A DNA stretch of 64,000 nucleotides from Octopus vulgaris (lineage: Eukaryota): the NCBI GenBank assembly GCA_951406725.2, contig OX597830.1, forward strand, positions 32,922,001 through 32,986,000. Direction: 5' to 3'. Position 1 is the first letter of the stretch; the number at the start of each line of letters is the position of its first letter. Below are positions 1 to 13,067 of the stretch, in pieces. The notes under the pieces were generated by a model. It was given only the letters and a program-made list of their open reading frames with translations. It was not told the origin of the DNA and did no database searches. The translations under genes were made by a program, and so were the position numbers.

Positions 1-368
1 TTCGACTATAGCCTTGTGCCAACCAGAGCCTTGTGAGTGGATTTGTTAGACAGAAACTGAAAGAAGCCCATCGTATATATATCCTTTCTACTATAGGCAC
101 AAAGCCCATCGTATATATATATATATGTGTGTGTTGTGTGTGTGTGTCTGTATGTTTGTGTGTCAGTGTTTGTCCCCCAACATTGCTTGACAACCAATGC
201 TAGTGTGTTTACGTCCCCATAAATTAGCTCTTCAGCAAAAGAGACCGATAGAATAAGTACTAGGCTTACAAAAAATAAGTCCTGGGATCGACTTGCTCAC
301 CTGAAGACGATGCTCCAGAATGGCCACAGTCAAATGACTGAAACAAATAAAAGAATAAAAGAAAAAGA
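1..368 (+). mobile_element. SINE family A copy, 5' part outside the window
   Basis: Matches the body and 3' end (..CAGTCAAATGACTGAAACAA-TAAAAGA) of the copies at 6781 and 20567, with the internal (TA)n/(TG)n linker. Confidence 0.85.
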
Positions 369-1204
369 ATGCAAATAACATATGCAAAAACGGTTGTTTT
401 AAACTCAAGGATTTCATTTCATATTCGACTCCTCTGGGAATATTCCAAACATCTTAAACATCATACAAGTGAAATGAATCTAAGAACTGCCCTCATGAAA
501 TTGTTTTGTTGTTTAAGTAATGTTTTAAATAATACTTTAAAGTAATATCTTTAAAACATTAGAAAAATAATATTATTAAAAATGTAATATTTTGAAAACA
601 ATATATGAGCCTATTGTGTTTGCACTTTCGTTTTTGTTCTGTTGTTGAAAATATGTCAAAACCAATGCTTTTAGTCCCGGAATTTAAGGAGGTCACTACT
701 TGTACAAAAGATACTGAACTCCAGGCATTAAGGCACTAACAAGTCTGTACTTTTATTCATGCCATTACTATATTGAAACAAAATTCTTGATTTTTCATCC
801 AGATAAAGGTTACACTACATTTTTTATTTGAAGCTAATTTTTCTGTATGTTTGTGCCCTGTCTACAATCAACCACATAGTTTTGAATTTGTTAGAACTTG
901 TTTCATGCAAGAACCATATAAATTTCAGTCGGAGGACTGCATTATGTACCAATGTCTTTTTGGCATGGTTTCTATGGCTGGATATCCTTGATGATGCTAG
1001 CCACTTTACAAAGTGCTCTGGGAGCTGTTCTTCATTGCAATAATACTGGTAAGGATTTCCTCATAACTTGTAAGGCTAAGGCGCTAAAATGGTCCCTGTA
1101 ACAGATGGCGAATGAAAGAGAAAGTTGGTGAGGATTTATAGCAAAAAAAATGAGAGAAAGTCGGAGGGTAAGATGGAAAATTATGGAAGAAAACAGAGGT
1201 AATT

Positions 1205-2070
1205 CTTTGGAAGTATCGCCTTCTTGTATTCTCTTATGACTAAGTGCTCTAAGTCACATGTTTTATGTTGCTCAACATTTTCAGTATGTTACAGACTATC
1301 CTTAATGGTTTCACTGCTCTCATTTCCTCAATAATCTTTACTAGTTATTTTACTCATGTCAGCTTTGAATGCTGGTCTCTCTATGTTGTGTTTATTTATA
1401 GTAGTTTATATCTTGCCCAAGCATTCACCAGATCTTCTCACCCCTGTGCCAGTGGCACATGAAAAGCATTCAAGCGAGGTCATTGCCAGTACCGCTGGAC
1501 TGGCTCCAGTGCAGGTGGCATGCAAAAAATACCATTTGAGCATGGCCGTTGCCAGTACTGCCTGACTGGCCGCTGGCACATAAAGGCACCCACTACACCC
1601 TCAGAGTGGTTGGCATTAGGAAGGGCATCCAGCTGTAGAAACTCTGCCAGATCAAGATTGGAGTCTGGTGCAGCCATCTGGTTCGCCAGTCCTCAGTCAA
1701 ATCGTCCAACTCATGCTAGCATGGAAAGCAGACGTTAAACGATGATGATGATGATGATGATGTCATAGCAATTGTTTTACCTTTTTCTTTTCTGGCCCCA
1801 GTGAGAATAAATGCATCTTTATGATTAACTTCACACTTCTCCCCAATGATTTTCTGATTCATGCTAACACACTACTTGGTTGCCATCCAGAAAGCCTAAC
1901 ACATCTTGTCACAGAACATTGGTAAACATTTTACCATTTGAATTCTTGATAGATATACTTAAAGTCTAGCTTCTCTTCAAGCCCTCTGATATTGCATCTT
2001 GCAACTCTCTTCTACTCCTTCTTTCCAAAAATGCCTCTTACCATTTATTGCTCTGTCTACAGTATAATTG
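1205..2070 (-). pseudogene. Highly decayed RTE-like LINE ORF2 fragment (endonuclease-RT linker), interrupted by a younger RTE tail
   Basis: Broken minus-strand translations VDRAI.., CVSMNQKIIGEKC.. and IQEGD.. resemble RTE ORF2 linker motifs. Many stops and frameshifts. Confidence 0.4.
1441..1762 (+). mobile_element. RTE-LINE 3' end (5'-truncated copy) with (GAT)n tail
   Basis: GGCATTAGGAAGGGCATCCAGCTGTAGAAAC...CATGCTAGCATGGAAAGCAGACGTTAAAC(GAT)n. The same terminal block follows RTE ORF2 at 9088-10112. Confidence 0.85.
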
Positions 2071-2477
2071 CATATTTCTTAATAATCAAGAATAATACAT
2101 TTTTGATATCAGCAACATCATTATCTCAGAAGTTTTGCTTCATAATAGAAATATAAAAAAAAATTCTTTAGAATACAAATACATTTTTTCCCAAATCTAT
2201 GAAAATTTGGAATCACTTAACAAGAAATAAAACCTCTGTATGTTTTAAATATTTACCCATATACATATGTTGAAAGATTAAGGGCCTTATTACACTCCTG
2301 TTATGGTAATTAGAAACCTTTTGCAAGTTTTTTCTCATGTTCCTCTTTGATTTATTCCAGATGTCTCCCCTCTAGACAAGTTATAAGGAAACTTGCTTCC
2401 ATTTTTAAAAAGTTATTTGCATGAATGCAACCATGCTGTATTCTAGAAGAGCCATCCACCATAGCAGAATTGCTAGT

Positions 2478-3170
2478 GCTACATAAAATGCACTGGTGCT
2501 GGTGCCACATTAAAAGCACTGGTGATGGTGTCACATTAAAAGCAGTGGTGCTGGTGCTACATTAAATGCACTGGTTCTGGTGCCACATTAAAAGCACTGG
2601 TGATGGTGTCACATTAAAAGCAGTGGTGCTGATGCCACATTAAATGCACTGGTTCTGGTGCCACATTAAAAGCACTGGGGATGGTTCCAAATCAAATGCA
2701 CTAGTGATGGTTCCATGTGAAAAGCACTGGTGCTGGTGTCACATAAAAAACACTGCTGATGGTGCCACTTAAAAGGCATTCATGTTGGTACGACATTAAA
2801 AGCACTGGTGATGGTGCTACATTAGAAACACTGGTGATGATTCCACATTAAATGAACTGGTTCTGGTGCCACATTAAAAGCAGTGGTGATTGTGCCACTT
2901 AAAAGGCACTCATGTTAGTACGACATTAAAAGCACTGGTGATGGTGCTACATTAAAAACACTGGTGATGATTCCACATTAAATGAACTGGTTCTGGTGCC
3001 ACATTAAAAGCAGTGGTGATGGTTCCAAATCAAACGCACTAGTGATGGTTCCATGTGAAAAGCACTGGTGCTGGTGTCACATAAAAAACACTGGTGATTG
3101 TGCCACTCAAGATGCACTGGTGATGGTGATGGTGCTACATTAAAAGCAATGGCGATGGTACTACATAAAA
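2478..3170 (+). repeat. 26-bp minisatellite (about 26 units, GGTGCCACATTAAAAGCACTGGTGCT-like) in an RTE 3' UTR
   Basis: Directly visible tandem units, running into the RTE terminal block at 3170-3352. Confidence 0.9.
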
Positions 3171-3352
3171 CGCACCAAGTACACTCTCTAAAGTAGATGG
3201 CTTTAGGAAGGGCATCCAGCCACAGACACCATACCAGAACGGACACTGGAGCCTGGTGCAGATCCACTCTTGCCAGAGCACCAATCAAACTGCTCAACCC
3301 ATGGCAGCATGGAAAAACAGGCATTAAATGATGATGATGACGATGATAATGA
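3170..3352 (+). mobile_element. RTE-LINE terminal block with (GAT)n tail
   Basis: TTAGGAAGGGCATCCAGCC...CCCATGGCAGCATGGAAAAACAGGCATTAAATGATGATG. Confidence 0.8.
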
Positions 3353-3808
3353 TGCAATTTATGCATGTAAAAGACATTTGCACAGTGAGATAGTAGTAAA
3401 GAAATAGAGACATTTGTTGAAGTAGGGTATAGAGGAGTGTTAATAATGCCAGAACAGACGACTATAGATTCATGTGCTCAGTAATACAAACAGCTTTCAT
3501 TATGCATTCTTGTTACAGACAACCTAAGTATGATGATAAGATTAATAATGATAATAACGATGATTGAAGTGAATTTTTATTGCTTGTTCTTACATCCACA
3601 GGAAGTGTCTGTCTAAGGAAATATCATTGTTGTTATTATCATCGAGACGGCCAAACAAATATATTGGAATTATCTTTTAAATAAAACAGAGAAATTATAC
3701 ATAGCTTTCTGCCAAGTGGTCATTCAAAGATGTCTTTCAATGATTCCAAATTAAATTTGGCTGAGTAAATCCACATTTATGTGAGAATATCAAGTCTGAA
3801 TGAAGGAA

Positions 3809-3839
<31 letters not shown>

Positions 3840-4084
3840 AATAATAATAATAATAAATTAGACTATTAGTTATCTATTTCTGTTCGTTAATCTAGTTAGC
3901 GATTTTCTTTATTAATTTCAGTTTAATGTTCATTTTTCATTGCCACTGTAGGTAAGATGGCGGCGGAAGAGTTTGCGTAGATGGTGGATGAGGGTGTTCT
4001 CCTATGGGCTCAAAATGATGCCATCTGCATATTATGTCTATCAAGATGAAAATTCTGGTTTTTACTGTTGTTTTCGTTGCTGCT

Positions 4085-4140
4085 GTTGTCATTATTGTCA
4101 TTATCATTGTCGTTGTTGATGTTGTTGTTGCTACTACTAC

Positions 4141-4230
<90 letters not shown>

Positions 4231-4289
4231 TATTATTATTATTATCATTATTATTATTATTATTATTATCATTATTATCATCATCATCA

Positions 4290-4335
<46 letters not shown>

Positions 4336-4346
4336 TATTATTATCA

Positions 4347-4410
<64 letters not shown>

Positions 4411-4420
4411 CATCATCATT
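4085..4420. repeat. Compound (ATT)n/(ATC)n microsatellite
   Basis: Direct inspection. It explains the poly-I, poly-N and poly-L ORFs in the track. Confidence 0.95.
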
Positions 4421-5517
4421 TGCAAAACTCATGCTCTGATATCAGCTGTAATAATTACATTTCCAAAGAAACCATAATGTTTTTTATCATTTTTTTTATT
4501 TCTAATTTTTTTTTTTGTTGCTTTTACCTTTTTATAAGATTTAAATGTTAGTGTTTTATTATGATGATGTGATAGGATTAAAGGATTAAAGATGAAATTT
4601 TTGAAATTCTAATCAGAAAAATTTTAATTGAATTTTAAAATATGATTTGAAGTTAATATTCAATTTGAAAACTTCAAAAGTTTTGTTTTGATTTATTGTT
4701 ATTTTCCTTTCCTTCCTTCTTTCAAATTCCAATATAAAACAGGAAAGATTGCTAAAGTACTTCTGCCAAGATATGGTGAGCAAAGTTAGGAGAAATTATG
4801 ACAATTCTTCATAATCAGGTGTTGGTTATTAAAGAAGCTTTTACAGATTAAAATAAGAATTTAAAAAAAGAATTTGGACACACTGTCTTGTACAAATTCT
4901 TTGATGATATTACCTAATTTCTAATTAGGTACCAAAAGACAAATAGTAAAGTTCTTTGATCAACAACTTGGCACAGTATCTGAAATTATGAAGTGTTGCT
5001 GTAGCTTGTTTTACCTCTGTGAAGTGTGTAACTATATAAATTGAACCCTTCCATTGTTATTTGTGTTTTAGGCATTTAACCATTCAAGATTAACTCTTTA
5101 GCAAAGTGTTTGCTTGTTTAACATAACAAACACATATACACATACGTATGCACACACAAAAACACACACATGCACGCACACACACACAATAGTCACAACA
5201 TACATGCACACATGCATGCACACACGAACACATAAGCTTAAGTAAATATTTATTTAATATGTTTTACTGAATTGTCATGGACGGATTAGTTGAGGTCTGA
5301 TGTGCTTTCAATCCAGCACATACACACACATGGATACTCAATAGTTATACATGCATATATACATACATAAATACATACATACATACATACATACATACGT
5401 ACATTCATTCATACATACATACATGTAAACAAAAATACATACATGCATGCATGCATACATAAACAAATATATACACATATATATATGCATGTAAATATGT
5501 CTATATATATGCATATT

Positions 5518-5549
<32 letters not shown>

Positions 5550-5605
5550 GATAGATAGATAGATAGATAGATAGATATATACATATGTATATAATGTATG
5601 TCCAG

Positions 5606-5653
<48 letters not shown>

Positions 5654-6277
5654 ACACACACATATCCACACATACATATATAAATATCATTGACTGTTTT
5701 GACTGTTAAAGAATTCAAGAAGCTGTCAACATACTTTATATTGAAATACCATATTCCAGATTTGAGATAAAAATGAAATTGAAAAGAAGAAAAACAGTAA
5801 GAAAAACAATGTTGAATTTGCAAGTTGTAAAAGAAATACACGCATATACACACATGTCTGTTGATAGCCACACAAGTAGAGATACACGTATTTACTTACA
5901 TACAAGCAAAGGAGAAAAACAGGCTGGGCTAACAGACCAAGAGAAATGAGTTGATGGATTTGTCTATGCTTTCGAAGCATACCCAAGTGCCCACAAGATG
6001 GATCACTGAAGTTAAGTATATGCTTCATATTGTGTGTCAATTATTACAGGAGTGACTTGCCATGTTGCAGACTGAATAGTAATATTTAAAAATCTTTTGG
6101 GACGCTAATAGCAAAGACAAGAACTTTTATAGTGAAATATGGCTTTTTTTTTCTTTTTATCATACATGCATATATATATATGCTTTTACACTCACACACA
6201 TTATGTATTCATACACACACACACACACACACATGCACAGACACAGAAGCACACATATACAAGTATTTCTCTTTTTT

Positions 6278-6470
6278 TCTCTTTTACTTGTTTCAGTCAT
6301 TTGACTGTGGCCATGCTGGAGCACCACCTTAGTTGAGCAAATCGACCCCAGCACTTATTCTTTGTAAGCCTAGTACTTAGTCTATTGGTTTCTTTTGCTG
6401 AACCGCTAAGTTACGGGGATGTAAACACACCAGCATCGGTTGTCAAGTGATGTTGGGGGGGACAAACAGA
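6278..6470 (-). mobile_element. SINE A 3' half
   Basis: Reverse complement of the SINE A 3' region (CTTTTACTTGTTTCAGTCATTTGACTGTGGCCATGCTGGAGCACC). Confidence 0.85.
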
Positions 6471-6477
6471 GAAACAG

Positions 6478-6940
6478 TTGAGAAAGACTAAAGGAACTGA
6501 AATTCTACTCTCTGGAGAGAAGGTATGAAAGTTATGCTGTGATATATGGATGGAATATCACGGAAGGTCTGGCTGCCAACTTTAGAATTCAAAGCTATAC
6601 CAACCACCAAAGTGGACAGTCATGCACAGTACTACTTCTCATATCTAAATATCACTAGCTAGAAAAAAAGGACCCAGTATTGTAACAGCTTGGGTTTCAA
6701 GGGTCCACCACTATGCAACATTCTGCCAAATGACCTCAGTGATTTGTGAGCTCTTCAAAAAGTGGCTGCACGAATATTTATGGCTGTGTGGTAAGTAGCT
6801 TGTTTACCGACCACATGGTTCAGGGTTCAGTCCCACTACGTGGCACCTTGGGCAAGTGTCTTCTACTATAGCCTCGGGCCGACCAAAGCCTTGTGAGTGG
6901 ATTTGGTAGATGGAAACTGAAAGAAGCCCGTCGTATATAT

Positions 6941-6976
<36 letters not shown>

Positions 6977-7270
6977 ATGTGTTTGTGTGTCTGTGTTTGT
7001 CCTCCCAACATTGCTTGGCAACCGATGCTGGTGTGTTTACGTCCTCGTAACTTAGCGGTTCGGCAAAAGAGACCGATAGATTAAGTACTAGGCTTACAAA
7101 TAATAAGTCCTAGGGTCGATTTGCTCGACTAAAGGTGGTGCTCCAGCATGGCCACAGTCAAATGACTGAAACAGCTAAAAGAGTAAAAGAGTATACCAGA
7201 TGAACCCACACTGCAGCAAGAGACACAAAGAAGAGCAGCTACATTCAACTTGCTATTTACCAGAAACTGT
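6478..7270 (+). pseudogene. CR1-clade LINE ORF2 C-terminal fragment, split by a SINE A insertion
   Basis: Translates ERLKELKFYSLERRYESYAVIYGWNI...YCNSLGFKGPPLCNILPNDL...LFKKWLHEYL, then resumes after the SINE as IPDEPT at 7193. These are CR1-type post-RT motifs. Confidence 0.7.
6781..7192 (+). mobile_element. SINE A, near full length (tRNA-derived)
   Basis: A-box TGGCTGTGTGGT, B-box GGGTTCAGTCCC, internal (TA)n/(TG)n linker, tail (TAAAAGAG)2. More than 10 related copies in the window. Confidence 0.9.
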
Positions 7271-7714
7271 ACGGGAAAGGAACTCAAACACATAACGAAG
7301 TGTGCCAACTAAAAACTACTTTTTTTTTCCATAAAGTCTTGCATTATCATTGCTTATATTATCTGCAGTAGTTTTGTGGCAATTTAATTAGTGGATAAAA
7401 AAAAATACGTATTCACTGTATCTGAATCATTATGTGTTTGTATGTCTGTATATGTATGCATGTATGAGTGTGTTATTGCTATCAGTTACCATGGGAACGT
7501 TACTTCCATAACAGACCTGCTAACAAGCCTTTAATGAAAAGCTGAAGGTTCTACTAATTGACCAACATCTGATTTAAACTTCAAGAAAAAGAATGTTTTT
7601 ATGACAACAATTTCAAGACAAGGTTACACAAGCATAGGCATACACATATACATGCATACATGCAAACACATACATTCTTACACACTCACACACACTCACA
7701 CACACACACACATG

Positions 7715-7761
<47 letters not shown>

Positions 7762-7764
7762 GAT

Positions 7765-7915
7765 AGACTCCTTTCAGTTTCCATCTCACAAATCCAGTCG
7801 CAAGGCTTTGGCCAGCTCAGGATTATTGCAGAAAACACTTGCACAGGGCACCATGCAGTGGAAGTGGAACCCGAAACCATATGGTTGAGATGCAAGCCTC
7901 TTAACTTCACTGCCA
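7765..7915 (-). mobile_element. SINE A 5' half, diverged
   Basis: CTTTCAGTTTCCATCTCACAAATCC...GAACCCGAAACCATATGGTTG is the reverse complement of the SINE A head. Confidence 0.7.
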
Positions 7916-8615
7916 CATATTAGAGCATATTTCAGACGAGATGAATCTGTAGGTTTTAAAAAAGTCAGTGAAACGAAGAATTGAAGAAAGATACTTTTCC
8001 AACAAATATAATTTACGTATCATACTAATTTTGAATACATTTTAATTAAAGAATAACATGTGTAAAATATAAAATTCAAATAACCTCAGAGTATTAAAAA
8101 TACAGAAATAAAACCATGACACTCTACCTTAACATGCAAAGAAATATGATACAGAAAATGTATTAAGAAAAATCTATAGTATTATCATATGGAATAGTTT
8201 CACAGCATAATTCACATGATGTCTTAATTCAGCAAGAATATTTGTGTTTATTTATATGAATCCTTAGTTTTTAACCAAAAAGCTTGCTTAGTTTGCATAT
8301 CCAGTAGAGATTTTAAATTATTTTTTTTTTTCGTTTAAAATATTTGAAGTTAAAGAAGTCTAGCTTCTTCAAACATTTTCTAGTACCTGATGTCAAGCTA
8401 TGCAAAGTTTTAACATCAGAACTTCGTCTAATGTCCTGTAAAAGAATGCATAGCTATGCAATGAGTGCATTTGACAGAGAAAGGGAAAGAGGAAGGGCGA
8501 GAGAGTTTATTATATATATATATATACATACATACATAAGCACACACACACATATATGCACACACACTCACACACACACACATATATTATACACACACAC
8601 ACACATGCACACATA

Positions 8616-9066
8616 CTCTTTTACTCTTTTACTTGTTTCAGTCATTTGACTGTGGCCATGCTGGAGCACTGCCTTTTAGTTGAGCAAGTTGACCCTAGGA
8701 CTTATTCTTTGTAAGCCAAGTACTATCGGTCTCTTTTGCCAAACTGCTAAGTTACAGGGATGTAAATACACCAGCATCGGTTGTCAAGAGATGTTAGGGG
8801 AACAAACACAGACACACATATATATACATATATCTTTTTTTCTTTTTGTTTCAGCTCAGAGCTGCGGCCATGCTGATGCACATTTTACAATGTACATGTG
8901 TACAATGGGCTTCTTTCAGTTTCCTTCTACCAAATCCACTCACAAAGCTTTGGTCAGCCTGAGGCTATAGTAGAAGACACTTGCCCAAGGTGCCACACAG
9001 AGGGACTGAACCCAGAACCATGTGGTTGGTAAGAAAGCTACTTACCACACAGCCACTCCTACACCT
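8616..9066 (-). mobile_element. SINE A, full length
   Basis: Reverse complement of the 6781 and 20567 copies, from tail through A-box. Confidence 0.9.
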
Positions 9067-9087
9067 ATACGTATATGATGATGATGA

Positions 9088-10112
9088 TCATCATCATTTA
9101 ACATCCACTCTCCTTTCTGGCATGGATTAGATGGTTTGACTGGCACTGATAAGCTGGAGAGCTGCACCAGGTTCCAGTCTGGTTTGACATAGTTTCTACG
9201 GCTGGATGCCCTTTCTTATGCCAACTACTCCAGGAATGAACTGGGTGCTCTTACATATCACTGGCATGGGTGTCTTTGCACTAGCAGTGACCACGACTAC
9301 AATGATTCATGGGTACCCTTTAAATGGTACCAGTAATGACCACAAGTATGATTTACAGGTGTCATTTACATGGCACCACCAAGGACCAGAACTACAGTCC
9401 ATGGGTGCCATTTACATGGCACCATCAATGACTTGACTACAATTCACAGGTGCCATTTACAAGGTGCGGGCAGTGACCATCCCTACGATTTCATTGGTGC
9501 AATTTACATGATACTGGCACAACCACAACTACAATCTTACTTGGCCTGGTGAGTCTTCTCATGCACAGCATATCACCAAAGTCTCTTGGTCACTTATCAT
9601 TACCTCTGTGAGGTCCAACATTCAAAGATCATGCACAACCACCTCGTTTCATGTCTTCCTGGGTCTACCTCTTCTACAGCTTCCCTCCACAGGGATCAGC
9701 ACTTCTTTACACATCTGTCCTCATCCATATTCATCACATGATCATACCAGCGCAGTTGTCTCTCTTGCATACAACATCTGATGCCTTTTATGTCCAACGT
9801 TTCTCTTAAGGAGCTAACACTTTGTTGTACATGCACACTGACATTGCACATCCAGTGAAGCATAGTAGCTTCGTTTCTTTCAAGCCTTCGTAAGTCCTCA
9901 GCGGTCACTGCCCATGTTTCACTACCATGTGACATAGCTGTTTGCGCACAGGTATCGTACAGTCTACCTTTTACTCTGAGCAAGAGGCCCTTTGTTACCA
10001 ACAGAGGTAGAAGCTCTCTGAATTTTGCCCGGCCTATTCTTATTCTAGCAGCTACACTCTCAGGGTACCCACTTTCACATGGCTGACTCAGTCATCTAGA
10101 TAATAGAAGCTA
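9088..10112 (-). pseudogene. RTE-clade LINE 3' fragment: RT C-terminal/thumb region, repeat-containing 3' UTR and (GAT)n tail
   Basis: ORF 9696-10001 (KGRLYDTC..MSHGSETW..LRRLERNE..MLHWMC..ERQLRWYDHV) is followed by a GRPRKT motif and preceded by a remnant of the F.YLG motif. It is contiguous with the common GAT-tailed terminal block. Confidence 0.85.
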
Positions 10113-10484
10113 TATATAGTTAAAAGTAATGGCCATTACATATAATTCCCTTATTGGGGAAAATTTATAGCTGTTTGCGGTAGTCTTTGTAGGTACATTA
10201 CTGATAGGTTTACTCAATTGATCTATGAATCAAATGAGAAAGATTGAAGTATCTCAGAAAATTAATGTTACTTTCATCAGGGCCATTTCTAGTTATATAG
10301 AACTATGATGGACCCTACCACAAGACTACTGGAGTTCTTCATTAATCTAAATAACAGTCAGTCTGGTGTGTCAACAGAGAATTTATGAAGTATTTTGCCC
10401 AGTTGATAATCCCTCACTATTTGTTCTGTAATATATATACATACATACATCTCTCTATCTCTCTCACTCTCTATCCATCTCTAT

Positions 10485-10515
<31 letters not shown>

Positions 10516-11162
10516 TCCTTTTTCTTGCTCCTCCTCTCTCACATTTCTTGGCCCTCTCTTTCTTTAACTCCCACTATTTCCCACTCGTTCATCACCCCTG
10601 TGCCTACTCTTTGTCTCTGATTTTTTTAAATCCGTTAATCCCACTGTCCCCTACCCATTTCTCCTCCTTCTACATGACTGGTGTCCAGTTAGCCCCGATC
10701 TTTCTTTCTTGGCCTGACTGCTGACCGTCAATACATCTTGTGTCCATCTCCCATATTTTTGCCTTTAGGCTTTCACTTCATACACGCCAGCTCAATTTGA
10801 TTCGTTCTCAGTCGAAAGATGCCTGTTGTTATTTCTTGTTGTTTGTATTCATAATTGTGTACCATGTTCTCTGTTTTTTTGTTTATCTGGTTTTTTTTTG
10901 TCTTTGTTCCTGCACACATCTGCTAGCTTTCTTACAAAGGGGTCTAATGCTCTTAGCTTAGAATTTTTTGGGGGCAACCAGATCGAACCATCTCAAGTAT
11001 AACTGCCCGAAATGGTCGTGACTTCTGGGATTTGACTGATGAAAGAAAGCCAAGAATGACCCGTCTTTTTTTGCCTGTCCTTCTAATTGTTGTTTCTCTT
11101 GTTTACCTTTGTATCGTCTATCTGTCCGAATGTTTTAATGTCCTCTATTGCGCTTTTGTTCC

Positions 11163-11243
<81 letters not shown>

Positions 11244-11245
11244 TT

Positions 11246-11319
<74 letters not shown>

Positions 11320-12654
11320 CAAAGAATACAAGCATATTGCAAAGTCACAAATACCCATCATGAAAATTATATGACAGGAAATACATATGAAAGCTGTAAC
11401 AAAGCTTGTTTATGTATATACACCCACTTGCATTATCGTGATATATTCCAGAAATACTTATTAATTTATGTCTACATGTATATGTATTTGTGTGTATGTG
11501 AGTGCCTATACGTGTGTGTGTGTGAGTGAGTGCCTTTACGTGTGTGTGTGTCTGTGTGTGTGTATATGGAGCACGTTACGTATAGAGCTCTTGTATATAG
11601 TTGTATATAGTTGTGTGACTGACTTACATTTAATATACCATGGCATATGTGCACATGTGTATGCCTGGCATCCACAGAAAATTTTGTGATTATTTTTATT
11701 TCAAACCGAAAGTACTGAGAATTATTTAGATTTCCTCTGAGTGTTTAGTTAATTCACCCCTTCCTTTAGCAGATAGATTTAATCTCTGCTTCCAACTTTA
11801 TCCTTCATCTTCTACTTGTATCACTATCTTCAAATACACACTTAGTAAGGACCTTTGAAAAACATGTTACAGAATTACAAAAACTCAGTTATCTATAAAC
11901 ACCAGAGCCTTGACAAGGTCGCATACATTTTCAGAGAGATCATTTTCTGATTTTCATTCCAAAAATAATATATAAAGTGTTATGTTTATTTCTCTTTTGT
12001 TTGTTTAGTTCACTGTTTATTTATATCAGATTTGTCTGAAATCTGAAGCAATCTCTCTCATCATAATGATATAAACTAGCGAATTTATATATGTTTTTGC
12101 AAATGATTGTCATTTTATTCATCATCTAATGCCTGTTCTTCCATGGTTGCATTGGTTAGACAGTTCTGCCAGACCACATATGTCACTATGCCACACCACA
12201 TCAAACCACTCCGCTCCATCACCAGTCTACCTCACACTATATCAGAACTGAAGTGCAAAGTTGGGGCAACAATTTTGGTAATTAGAGCATATCTAATTAG
12301 CTCAGAAACTTATATATGCTTGGATGTCTTTCTTTAATGCCACCCACAATATAAGAAGGAATAGATATAGAGAAATCTCACAAGAATCATACATCTAAGC
12401 TGACCTTACTCTAACTTGAAATTTAAGACTTTGGATCAAGATATAGAATTTATTTAGCTATAATTGGCAATGGCCAGACAAAATAAATATGAATTAAATA
12501 TCAAGTCTTTCTCATTCAATGCTTGTCATGGTATAGCCACAATTTCTAGAACAGTATCTCATCATCACTACCACTGCCACCACCACCACCACTGCCGCCG
12601 CCGTCGCCACCGCCATGCTGCCACCATCGTCGTCATCGTCATCGTCATCATTAT

Positions 12655-13010
12655 TTAACATTCAGTTTCCATATTTGCAAGAGCTGGATGGTTTGACATG
12701 GATGCAATGATTTGGACTGCATTGTGTTCCAGTGTCTGCCTGGGCATGGTTTCTATGGCTGGAGACCCTTCCTAATGCCAGCCACATTGCAGAGTGTACC
12801 AGGTGCTTTTTTTAATGTAGTACCAACACCAGTGAGATCACCAAGGAACTCACAAGAAAAAAACTTCCTCAACTGAATGAGGTGTAGTATTGAGGGAGAT
12901 TGATTTATGCCAAGGGACGAGAGGTTAAAGAATGATAAATGGAAACAGGTGCTTTGCTGTAAAGGTGATATGTGGCTTGCTCATTTGGAAAAGAGAGATG
13001 GTGACAAAAC
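12655..13010 (-). mobile_element. Diverged RTE-tail variant
   Basis: GGCATGGTTTCTATGGCTGGAGACCCTTCCTAATGCC. A related diverged copy lies at about 930-1070. Confidence 0.6.
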
Positions 13011-13067
13011 TGTGTTGAAGCAGAATGTCCTGTTTAGAAAATTATACCTATTTTCTGAATAGATAAA

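Noticed and set aside
2478-3170. CRISPR-like appearance of the regular 26-bp array (also 51697-52085 and 16940-17257)
   Set aside because: Units are contiguous with no unique spacers, there are no cas genes, the context is eukaryotic, and the arrays are attached to RTE 3' ends.
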